A stretch of 24,000 nucleotides of DNA from Tractidigestivibacter sp. (lineage in GTDB: Bacteria; Actinomycetota; Coriobacteriia; Coriobacteriales; Atopobiaceae), in the NCBI RefSeq assembly GCF_050946515.1, contig NZ_JBMNUX010000004.1:160105-184104 (forward strand). The letters run 5' to 3'. Under the pieces are notes generated by a model that had not been told where the DNA came from, did not search any database, and saw only the letters and a list, made by a program, of their open reading frames with translations. The position numbers were made by a program, and so were the translations under genes. Positions 1 to 7,335 of this stretch are shown in pieces (position 1 is the stretch's first letter; each line of letters begins with the position of its first letter).

Positions 1-56
1 ACGTTTACGAGAAGCTCCTGAAGGACGCAATGTCAGACGAGTCGTTTGGCAAGTAG
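1..56 (+). CDS. 3' end of an unidentified gene (last 17 codons only; the rest lies outside the window)
   Basis: Frame +3 is open from the window edge (..VYEKLLKDAMSDESFGK) to TAG at 54-56. A strong terminator hairpin follows 28 nt downstream. The fragment is too short to assign a family. Confidence 0.3.
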   Translation, partial: VYEKLLKDAMSDESFGK

Positions 57-83
57 CCCCTTAGCGAGCAGAGACAAGAAAAT

Positions 84-120
84 GCCTCCCGGACGTTGAA
101 GAGGCGTCCGGGAGGCTTTC
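84..120. terminator. Bidirectional rho-independent terminator between convergent genes
   Basis: Perfect 12-bp stem GCCTCCCGGACG (84-95) / CGTCCGGGAGGC (105-116) with a 9-nt loop. TTTC follows on the + strand and ATTTTCT follows on the - strand. Confidence 0.6.
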
Positions 121-185
121 GCTTCTAACAGGCAAAGAGGCGGTCGCGAGCAGCGTTTCTCGCTCCCCGTCTCTGCCGCCAGCAG

Positions 186-1199
186 CTACACGGCGTGGTC
201 GTCCACAAAGCCATCGGGAAGGTTGGCGGCGGCATCGGCGGCCGTGATGCGCTCGCCGCCATTATCGAGGTCGATCAGCACATAGCGGTCGTTGCCCATC
301 CCAAGCTCCTTCATGTACGTCAGCTGGCGAAGCCCATGGCGGCTCTCGAAGCGCTCCACCAGGTCGTGGTGCTGCTTCTCGCTCATGGCATACACGATGT
401 CGACGCACGCCTGGTCGATCGCCAGGATGTCGGTCGAGGAGAGGATGCCCACGTTTGGCGTCACAACCGGCTGGGCATTCACGCCCTCGCAGTCGCAGCT
501 CACGGACATGTTGCGCATCACGTTGACGTAGGTCACGTGGCGACCGAAGTAGTCGATCGTCGCCTTGGTCGACTCGCTGATGCGCTCCATGAACTCCTCG
601 GTCGAGATGGACCACTGGCCCTCGCCCGGGCGCGTGTGGATCATCTTCTTGCCGATGCGACCGTCGGCGCAGCCAATCCCCAGGTTCTTGTTGGAGCCGC
701 CGAAGCCGCCCTGCGTGTGGCCCTTGAAGTGCGTGAGCGCCACGAGCGAGTCATAGTCCAGCATGTGGGAGCCCACGGTCATGTGGTCGAACCACTTTCC
801 GCCCCTGACGGGCAGGTCAGCCGTGCCCTCCTCGTCCATGATGTCCACGGGCGCGAATGTCCAGCCATTCACGCGAAGGGTCTCCAGATGCTGCTCGGTG
901 GTGTAGCGGTCGCCCTCGTAGTAGGTGTTGGTCTCAACAATCGTGGCGTCGGGCAGGTCCTTCTCGAGAAGCTCCTTCACCCACGAGCGAGGGATGATGT
1001 TGGGGCCGTGCTGCTCGCCCGTATGGAGCTTGACGGCCACCTTGCCGAAAATGTTGGCCGAAACCTGCTCATAGGCCCGCTCAAGACCAGAAGCAGAGAG
1101 GTCGCGCGTGAAATACACGATTGACTCGTTGCCGCTTCGTTTGTCATAGGGGACATAGACGTTTCCGCAAGTCCCGGGAACTGGATTTTTCTCAGCCAT
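186..1199 (-). CDS. DUF362 domain protein (COG2768-like uncharacterised Fe-S centre protein family)
   Basis: ORF 186..1346 trimmed to the ATG at 1199 (MAEKNPVPG..), which has AAGGAGG 5 nt upstream. The segments VYFTRD, VKLHTGE, IVETNTYY and SVSCDCEG look like DUF362 family proteins as recalled from memory. Confidence 0.75.
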   Translation of the reverse strand: MAEKNPVPGTCGNVYVPYDKRSGNESIVYFTRDLSASGLERAYEQVSANIFGKVAVKLHTGEQHGPNIIPRSWVKELLEKDLPDATIVETNTYYEGDRYTTEQHLETLRVNGWTFAPVDIMDEEGTADLPVRGGKWFDHMTVGSHMLDYDSLVALTHFKGHTQGGFGGSNKNLGIGCADGRIGKKMIHTRPGEGQWSISTEEFMERISESTKATIDYFGRHVTYVNVMRNMSVSCDCEGVNAQPVVTPNVGILSSTDILAIDQACVDIVYAMSEKQHHDLVERFESRHGLRQLTYMKELGMGNDRYVLIDLDNGGERITAADAAANLPDGFVDDHAV

Positions 1200-1426
1200 G
1201 ATTGCCTCCTTCATCGTGCAGGCGCGAGCCGCACAGCTTTTTTCCATTTTCCAACAATCACAGCTTCTCGTCCAATTGTTGCAGCAAAGCGTCCAAGCTC
1301 TTTTCGTCCATGTATCAACATTCCCGACGGCTGCCGCCATGGCCAAATCGTGGCGTAAGCTTCAGCCACGTTTGGGGTTATCCATGCGCATTTGTCGCGA
1401 ATGCCCCGCAATTAGGGAGGAATGAC

Positions 1427-2374
1427 ATGAGCATGAACGAGAACAACACTGCTGGCGAGCAGGGCCACGCCTTTTCCCGCCGCAACTTCTTGAGGGCATC
1501 GGGAATCTCGGCGGTTACGGTTGCCGGAATGACTTTTCTGACTGCCTGCGGTCCGTCGACCGACGCCACCGACAGCTCGTCAAGCAGCACCGACTCTTCG
1601 GACTCGTCGAGCTCGAGCGCCTCGACGTTTGGCTCTGACGGCAAGATGCGCGTTGGCATGGAGGTCGCTTACCCGCCGTACAACTGGCAGACCGACACCG
1701 AGACCGAGAACACCATCCCCGTCGACGGTCTGGACGGCGCCTACGCAGATGGCTACGACATCGTCTTCGCCAAGAAGATCGCCGAGGCGCTTGACCTTGA
1801 GCCCATTGCCTGCAAGATGAGCTTCTCCGGCCTCATCTCCGCCCTCACCTCGGGGCAGATCGACATCATCTGCGGCGGCATGACAGCAACAGACGAGCGT
1901 CGCCAGTCCATCGACTTCTCTGACCCCTATTGGGAGGGTCACTACGGCCTTCTGGTTCGCAAGGACTCCGAGTACGCCGACGCCCACAGCCTTGAGGACT
2001 TCTCAGGCGCTGCGGTGCTCGGCCAGAAGGACACCCTGCTCGACACCGTTATCGACGAGATTCCGGGCGTCAACCACCTGACGCCGGTCGACTCCGTCCC
2101 GTCCCAGCTCTCGCAGGTCAACCAGGGCTCCTGCGACGCCATCACCTTCGACGTCGAGAACGCCGCTGGCCTGCTTGCGGCCAACCCCGACCTCATGGAG
2201 ATCACCGACGAGAACGGAGACGTCGTCGAGTTCAGCGAGACGGCGCCCATCAACGCAGGCATCGCCAAGGGCCAGGACGACATCCTCGCCACGATCAACG
2301 AGGTCATCAATTCCGTCTCGCAGGACGAGCGCCAGCAGTACTGGGACGAGGTCAACGCTCGCCAGCCCGAGTAG
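1427..2374 (+). CDS. Polar amino-acid ABC transporter substrate-binding lipoprotein (SBP_bac_3 type)
   Basis: ATG at 1427 has GGGAGG 8 nt upstream. The N-terminus SRRNFLRASG..LTAC|G combines a twin-arginine-like motif with a lipobox Cys, followed by a Ser/Asp-rich linker. The body (YPPYNW, GQIDIICGGMTATDERRQSIDFSDPYW) is typical of family-3 solute-binding proteins. Confidence 0.85.
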   Translation: MSMNENNTAGEQGHAFSRRNFLRASGISAVTVAGMTFLTACGPSTDATDSSSSSTDSSDSSSSSASTFGSDGKMRVGMEVAYPPYNWQTDTETENTIPVDGLDGAYADGYDIVFAKKIAEALDLEPIACKMSFSGLISALTSGQIDIICGGMTATDERRQSIDFSDPYWEGHYGLLVRKDSEYADAHSLEDFSGAAVLGQKDTLLDTVIDEIPGVNHLTPVDSVPSQLSQVNQGSCDAITFDVENAAGLLAANPDLMEITDENGDVVEFSETAPINAGIAKGQDDILATINEVINSVSQDERQQYWDEVNARQPE

Positions 2375-2396
2375 CGGGCGCAGAAAGTGCACCAGC

Positions 2397-2418
2397 GCGG
2401 GGCGCTTCGGCGCCCCGT
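2397..2418 (+). terminator. Intra-operon hairpin (partial terminator or mRNA stabiliser) between the SBP and permease genes
   Basis: GGGGCGC-TTCG-GCGCCCC (2399-2416), extendable by C2398:G2417, with a UUCG-type tetraloop. It is followed by TCTTAGGTTTT. It lies in the 70-nt gap after the SBP stop codon. ABC operons often have such a hairpin, which raises the SBP:permease ratio. Confidence 0.5.
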
Positions 2419-2444
2419 CTTAGGTTTTGGAGGAAGCAGCAATC

Positions 2445-3659
2445 ATGAGCGAAAGCACCCAGACAGCAGCAGCGTCAGCGGCCACGGGGCAGAAGAAGCA
2501 TGGGCGGCTGGCGCGATTTTTCCTGGCTGACCATCGCTACGTGTTTCTCGGCACCTCGGTCATTGCGCTTGTCGGCCTTTGGTGCGGCAACCAGCGCCAC
2601 TCGGACTGGAGCATCCTTGCGTCGTCGTATGCGGTCGAGAGCGTTCTGTACTACGCCCTTCTGGCATGGGTTGTCATCTCGCTCGTCGCGCTGGTAAACA
2701 AGCTCATCAAATGGCGCGACTACGCCGCCACCTCCCCCTTCAAGAAGCCCCGAGCGATGCGCATCGAGCGCATTTGCTCCTATTTTGTGTGGGTCATTGC
2801 CGCGATCTTTGTCATTGACCGCGGGGTGCTCGGCCTTTGCAGCGTCGTCGCCTCTAGCATCGCGCTTGACTCCAACCCGCAGGACTTCCTCGCGAGCACC
2901 ATCTACATGGTGTACAACTCTCGCGCCGTTTACCTGCAGGGCATCATCACTACCATCGAGCTGGCGCTCTTCGGCACGATCATCGCCTTCTTCCTCGCGC
3001 TTCTGCTGGTGTTCTTGCGGATGCTTCAGATTGACCGCCAGGACAACGACTTCATCCGCTTCTGGAAGGTAATAGGCCAGGGCTTCGCTCGCATCTACTC
3101 CACGATCGTCCGCGGCACGCCCATGATGGTCCAAGGCCTCATCATCTACTTTGCCGGGTACTCGGTGCTGCGCGGCACGGGCATGTCCGTGAGCGAGATT
3201 GGCGGAATCTGGTCGACCTTCGTGGCATCGCTGACCACCATCTCGCTCAACTCCACCGCCTACATGATGGAGGTGCTGCGCGGCGGCATCGAGTCGGTCG
3301 ACAAGGGCCAGACCGAGGCGGCGCGCTCGCTCGGGCTCTCGCAGTGGCAGGCCATGTCCAAGGTCGTCTTCCCGCAAGGCATCAAGAACTCAATCCCCGC
3401 GCTCTCCAACGAGCTGGTCATCAACATCAAGGATTCGTCGGTTCTCTCCGTGATTGGCGTCGTGGACCTCATGTTTGCCACCACCACAATCGCCGGCATC
3501 TACTACAAGCAGATGGAGATATACGTGATGACCGCCCTCGTCTACCTGCTATTGACCGCAATCGCCTCAAAGCTGCTCACCATGCTCTCGCACCGGCTTG
3601 AGGTAAAGGCGCCCGGCCCCGTCCTGGGCACCTCTGACGTCCCCGTGAGCAAGGCGTAG
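2445..3659 (+). CDS. Amino-acid ABC transporter permease (HisM/GlnP type) with a ~160-aa N-terminal multi-TM extension
   Basis: ATG at 2445 (MSESTQ) has GGAGG 11 nt upstream. The C-terminal ~240 aa carry the typical core (TIELALFGTIIAF.., EAARSLGLSQWQAMSKVVFPQ, the EAA loop). The N-terminal part contains several extra hydrophobic helices. Confidence 0.85.
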   Translation: MSESTQTAAASAATGQKKHGRLARFFLADHRYVFLGTSVIALVGLWCGNQRHSDWSILASSYAVESVLYYALLAWVVISLVALVNKLIKWRDYAATSPFKKPRAMRIERICSYFVWVIAAIFVIDRGVLGLCSVVASSIALDSNPQDFLASTIYMVYNSRAVYLQGIITTIELALFGTIIAFFLALLLVFLRMLQIDRQDNDFIRFWKVIGQGFARIYSTIVRGTPMMVQGLIIYFAGYSVLRGTGMSVSEIGGIWSTFVASLTTISLNSTAYMMEVLRGGIESVDKGQTEAARSLGLSQWQAMSKVVFPQGIKNSIPALSNELVINIKDSSVLSVIGVVDLMFATTTIAGIYYKQMEIYVMTALVYLLLTAIASKLLTMLSHRLEVKAPGPVLGTSDVPVSKA

Positions 3660-3675
3660 GTAAGGAGCAAGACAC

Positions 3676-4470
3676 ATGGCAAACGAGAAGGACGGCACCG
3701 CGCAGGCTTCAGAGCCGGTCATCCAAGTTGAGGGGCTTCGCAAGTCATTTGGCGCTCACCTTGTCCTGAAAGACATCAATCTGTCCGTCATGCAGGGCGA
3801 GGTCGTCACGATAATCGGTGCGTCAGGGTCTGGCAAGTCGACGCTTCTGCGCTGCATCAACCTGCTTGAGACGCCAGACTCAGGCCACGTATGGTTCCAT
3901 GGGCAAGACCTTGCCGGCGAGCACGTGAACGTCAATTCGCTACGCGAGAAGATCGGCATGGTCTTCCAGGGATTCAACCTGTTCAACAACAAGAACGTGA
4001 TGGACAACTGCACGCTGGCACCCGTCACGCTGAAGAAGTGCTCCAAAGAAGAGGCAGAGGAGCGGGCGCGCAAGAACATCGCCGCCGTCGGCCTCTCCGA
4101 CTTCATCAACGCCGACGTGAACACGCTCTCCGGCGGCCAGAAGCAGCGCGTGGCCATTGCCCGTGCCCTGTGCATGGAGCCCGAGATCATGCTATTTGAC
4201 GAACCCACCTCGGCCCTCGACCCCGAAATCGTCGGCGAAGTCTTGAACGTTATGCGCGACCTCGCGGCAGGCGGCATGACCATGGTCGTCGTGACGCACG
4301 AGATGGAATTCGCAAAGAACGTCTCCGACAAGGTCGTCTTCATGGACCAGGGCGTCATTGCCGAGGAGGGCAAGCCAGCGCAGATCTTCTCGAATCCCAA
4401 GCAAGCCCGAACGCGCGAGTTCCTCGCCCGTTACCTTGACGACGACCCCTCTGAGGTCGGGACAAAATAG
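3676..4470 (+). CDS. Amino-acid ABC transporter ATP-binding protein (GlnQ/HisP-like)
   Basis: Walker [11 protein letters not shown]-loop, signature [15 protein letters not shown], Walker [12 protein letters not shown] and H-loop VTHEM. AAGGAG lies upstream of the ATG at 3676. Confidence 0.95.
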   Translation: MANEKDGTAQASEPVIQVEGLRKSFGAHLVLKDINLSVMQGEVVTIIGASGSGKSTLLRCINLLETPDSGHVWFHGQDLAGEHVNVNSLREKIGMVFQGFNLFNNKNVMDNCTLAPVTLKKCSKEEAEERARKNIAAVGLSDFINADVNTLSGGQKQRVAIARALCMEPEIMLFDEPTSALDPEIVGEVLNVMRDLAAGGMTMVVVTHEMEFAKNVSDKVVFMDQGVIAEEGKPAQIFSNPKQARTREFLARYLDDDPSEVGTK

Positions 4471-4526
4471 CCCGCGTGGCGGCAGATTGGCTGGCAGCTC
4501 AAGTAGAATCTCTGCGGAGGTGCGCC

Positions 4527-5327
4527 ATGAGGATCCGGCTGATTGTCTCGCCCGCAAAGAAAATGAACATCGTGGAGGGCCCGCCCTATGCAACGGCGGC
4601 GCCCTTCTTGCTTAACAGGGCAGTCGTCCTTGCCCACCAGCTCGGCTCTCTGTCGTTTTCTCAGTCAAAGGCGCTTTGGCGCTGCTCGGACAAGCTTGCC
4701 CGGCTCAACTACGCCAGGACGAGAACGCTCGAGGCCGACATGCAGCAAGACCCCGCGCTTCTCACGCCCGCAATCCTTGCCTTTGAGGGCATCCAGTACC
4801 AGCACATGGCGCCCCAAGTCATGACAGACGACCAGATAGCCTGGCTGCAAGGCTCGCTTCGCGTCTTGTCAGGCCTCTATGGCGTGCTCCGCCCACTCGA
4901 CGGGGTTGTCCCCTATCGCCTTGAGATGCAAGCGCTACTTTCCGTCGGCAACGCGCGCAACCTCTACTCGTACTGGGACAGCACGCTCTACCAGCGCGTT
5001 ATTGCCGACGATGATCCCAGCGCGAGGGACAATGACGTCACGATCGTCAACTTGGCATCCGTCGAATACGCAAAGGCAGTGGTGCCCTTCGCCCAGAGGG
5101 CCGGCACCCCCGTCGTGACGTGCCTATTTGGCACCATCCGCCCAAGCGACGGAAGGCTCATCCAGAAGGCAACCGAGGCAAAGGCCGCGCGCGGAACCAT
5201 GACCCGCTGGTGCGCTGAGCATGCCGTGGGCACTCCCGACGAGCTTCGAGGCTTCGCCGAGCGCGGCTACAAGCTCAGCGAGGCGAACTCAAGCGAGACG
5301 CGCCTCGTCTTTGTGCGGGAAAGCTGA
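4527..5327 (+). CDS. yaaA: YaaA family (DUF328/UPF0246) peroxide-stress protein
   Basis: ORF 4476..5327 trimmed to the ATG at 4527 (MRIRLIVSPAKKMN), which has GGAGG 7 nt upstream. The SPAK N-terminus, the 266-aa length and the YRLEM segment fit the YaaA family. Confidence 0.75.
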   Translation: MRIRLIVSPAKKMNIVEGPPYATAAPFLLNRAVVLAHQLGSLSFSQSKALWRCSDKLARLNYARTRTLEADMQQDPALLTPAILAFEGIQYQHMAPQVMTDDQIAWLQGSLRVLSGLYGVLRPLDGVVPYRLEMQALLSVGNARNLYSYWDSTLYQRVIADDDPSARDNDVTIVNLASVEYAKAVVPFAQRAGTPVVTCLFGTIRPSDGRLIQKATEAKAARGTMTRWCAEHAVGTPDELRGFAERGYKLSEANSSETRLVFVRES

Positions 5328-5369
5328 GGCACCGGCGGCATCCCGGAGCGGTGCGTAATTGACTACGAG

Positions 5370-6209
5370 CTATGAATGCAGCCGCTTGCCGTTCACGATT
5401 GGAGGCAACACCTCTGGATCGCGCTCCGAAAGAGAGGAGATGCCGAACATCAGGATGCTGGTGAAGGCAAGCATTGAGGTCATGGGCTCGATGTAGACCG
5501 GATAGCGCTCTGTCTGCCACGTGGGCAGCACGATGAACTCGTCGACAAGCTTCCTCAAGGGGTGCGTGGGGATGTGCGCCACCATGACCGTCTTCGGCCG
5601 CCGAGACGCCGCCGTCTCATGCAGCACGTTGAGCAGCATCCTTTGCGTATCGTTCTTCGAGGAGAAGATGATGACGAGGTCGCGCGCGTCGGCAACGTGC
5701 ATCTGTATCATCTCTTGGCCGGTTGGGATATATAGCGACGGAATGTTGTACTTCAGAAGCTCAAGGGAAAGGGCCTCTGCGGGGGCAGACGAAAGCCCCC
5801 CGCCCGTCGTATACACGATACGTGCCTCGACAATCTCCTCCGCAAGGGCTTTGATGGTCCCCTTCTTCAGAGACTCGTCAGTCGCTCGGATCATGTTGCA
5901 CAGATAGTCAATCGGATCGCCCTGCTTCTCGTCCTTTTTCCGAGGAGTGTTGGCCGAAAGCGAGACCATGAGGTTCATCCGAAAGTCAGAGAAGCTTTCG
6001 TACCCGACCTTTTGGCAAAACCTGCTCACGGTGCTTTGAGACACGCCAACCTGCTTGGCGACCATGGTCGAAGTGCTTTGGAGAAAAGACTCGGGATCTT
6101 CCCTCACGGCGTCTGCGACCTTCTGCTCAGTCGCGGTCAGTTCGCCGTAGTGAAGGTCAATCTGCCTGAAAGCGTCCATGTCATCACGTCCTATGGCTGA
6201 ATATGTCAT
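5370..6209 (-). CDS. MurR/RpiR family transcriptional regulator (HTH_6 + SIS domain)
   Basis: N-terminal HTH (LTATEQKVADAV..MVAKQVGVSQSTVSRFCQKVGYESFSDFR) and a C-terminal SIS-like sugar-phosphate-binding fold. The start is uncertain: the ATG at 6209 has a weak RBS, and the ATG at 6179 (MDAFRQ) gives a more typical N-terminal length. Confidence 0.85.
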   Translation of the reverse strand: MTYSAIGRDDMDAFRQIDLHYGELTATEQKVADAVREDPESFLQSTSTMVAKQVGVSQSTVSRFCQKVGYESFSDFRMNLMVSLSANTPRKKDEKQGDPIDYLCNMIRATDESLKKGTIKALAEEIVEARIVYTTGGGLSSAPAEALSLELLKYNIPSLYIPTGQEMIQMHVADARDLVIIFSSKNDTQRMLLNVLHETAASRRPKTVMVAHIPTHPLRKLVDEFIVLPTWQTERYPVYIEPMTSMLAFTSILMFGISSLSERDPEVLPPIVNGKRLHS

Positions 6210-6322
6210 CCAATAATCATTCTATCTCCCGAATTCCGGGAGTGCTCGTTTCTCCACGTTATCCCATATAAAATGCTGAATGATCAACGCTCACGGGTGA
6301 AAACCATCCGTTTGGGATAGTT

Positions 6323-6367
6323 CATCCTAATACTATGTGAATAGATGTTTCACATAGTATTAGGATG
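6323..6367. promoter_or_regulatory. Perfect 19-bp inverted repeat (probable operator) in the rpiR/PTS divergent control region
   Basis: CATCCTAATACTATGTGAA (6323-6341), a 7-nt spacer, then TTCACATAGTATTAGGATG (6349-6367). The arms pair 19/19. The element is AT-rich in a GC-rich genome and ends 34 nt before the EIIA start codon. Confidence 0.6.
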
Positions 6368-6400
6368 GTTCATGCAGCGACGGAGGAGTGGGAGGTCGTA

Positions 6401-6823
6401 ATGTTTGAAGTCCTTGTCGTTACGCATGGGCACCTTGGCTCAGAGATGATTGCCACAGCCCAAATGCTCTACGGAGACCTCGGAGAAGGAGTGTCCGCGA
6501 TAGGGTTCGTCCCCGGAGAGAGCGTTGATGAGCTCTACGAAACAATTTGCTCAGCGATAGAGCGCTCTCGACCAAGCGGCGGCGTCTTGATCTTGTGCGA
6601 CATCCTTGGAGGCAGCCCGTTTCTTACAGCAGCTCGAGCAGCGCATGAGGCGACTGGGTGCCCCGTCGAGGTGGTGTGCGGTCTCAACCTTGGGATGCTT
6701 CTCGAGGTAATTGCCGAGCGAGACGGGCTGACTCCCGCGCAAGGCTCGCAAGTGGCCATTGATGCAGCAAGGCAGTCAATCAAAGGTATGGGAAACGGCG
6801 TCGAATCGGGAGGTAACGCATGA
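6401..6823 (+). CDS. PTS mannose/fructose/sorbose-family EIIA component
   Basis: ORF 6365..6823 trimmed to the ATG at 6401 (MFEVLVVTHGHLG), which has GGGAGG 6 nt upstream. The THG phospho-His context and LCDILGGSPF are typical of EIIA-Man. Confidence 0.85.
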   Translation: MFEVLVVTHGHLGSEMIATAQMLYGDLGEGVSAIGFVPGESVDELYETICSAIERSRPSGGVLILCDILGGSPFLTAARAAHEATGCPVEVVCGLNLGMLLEVIAERDGLTPAQGSQVAIDAARQSIKGMGNGVESGGNA

Positions 6824-7305
6824 ACGTTGTTGCATGCAGGGTAGACGAGCGCCTGGTACACGGGCAGATCATGACCTCGTGGTCAAAGCACCTTCAACTC
6901 AAAAGAATCGTGGTCGTGGATGACAAGCTCGCTGCCGACGACTTCATGAAGCAAGTCTTGGTAATGTCTGCTCCCTCAGGTCTCGAGATAGACATTCTCC
7001 CCGTCTCGGAAACAGTCACGAAGCTCGAAAGCGACACGAGCCAGCAAAACACAATGCTGCTCTTCAAGACCATCCCCTCAGCCCTCGCGCTTGCAGAAGC
7101 GCTGAAAGACACCAGCCATCCCATGCAGGAGCTGAACCTCGGAAATCTTGGTTCGATTCCTGGAAGGACCCAGGTCACGAAGAACGTGTTTCTGTCCGAA
7201 CAAGAGAAGGAGCAGGTCAACGCTCTTGGCAAATTGGGGGTGAACGTCTTTCTGCAGATGCTTTACACCGACCCGCGCGTATCGGCCGGCGACGCAATCA
7301 AATAG
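6820..7305 (+). CDS. PTS mannose-family EIIB component
   Basis: An ATGA start/stop overlap with the EIIA gene indicates translational coupling. The N-terminus CRVDERLVHGQIMTSW matches the RIDDRLIHGQV phospho-His motif of EIIB-Man/Sor. Confidence 0.85.
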   Translation: MNVVACRVDERLVHGQIMTSWSKHLQLKRIVVVDDKLAADDFMKQVLVMSAPSGLEIDILPVSETVTKLESDTSQQNTMLLFKTIPSALALAEALKDTSHPMQELNLGNLGSIPGRTQVTKNVFLSEQEKEQVNALGKLGVNVFLQMLYTDPRVSAGDAIK

Positions 7306-7335
7306 TTAGTTCCAATTGGTAGGGGTGAAAAACAC

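Noticed and set aside
195-1124. Long antisense 'shadow' ORFs opposite real genes: 195..1124 (+), 2475..3377 (-), 8989..9957 (-), 10027..11196 (+), 11250..12284 (+), 15261..16109 (+), 18365..19303 (+), 20631..21515 (+), 21720..22748 (+) and 22777..23640 (+).
   Set aside because: Each lies opposite an ORF with clear family motifs. Their translations are Arg/Ala/Gly/Val-rich low-information sequence, typical of stop-poor frames in high-GC DNA. None has a convincing RBS.
1252-1281. The inverted repeat CAACAAT-N16-ATTGTTG, and the hairpin CGTGGC-N10-GCCACG (1345-1366), in the DUF362/ABC divergent intergenic region. Both were considered as a riboswitch or operator.
   Set aside because: The arms are only 6-7 bp. 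No known riboswitch core was recognised. No confident promoter hexamers anchor them.
5329-5354. A possible terminator between the convergent yaaA and rpiR genes (GCACCG...CGGTGC).
   Set aside because: The stem is only 6 bp with a 14-nt loop and has no U-tract on either strand. That is too weak to report as a feature.
6336-6354. A CRP/FNR-like TGTGA...TCACA core inside the 19-bp palindrome.
   Set aside because: The spacing between TGTGA and TCACA is 9 nt, not the canonical 6 nt. The symmetry also extends far beyond a CRP site. The element is more likely the operator of the adjacent RpiR-type regulator.
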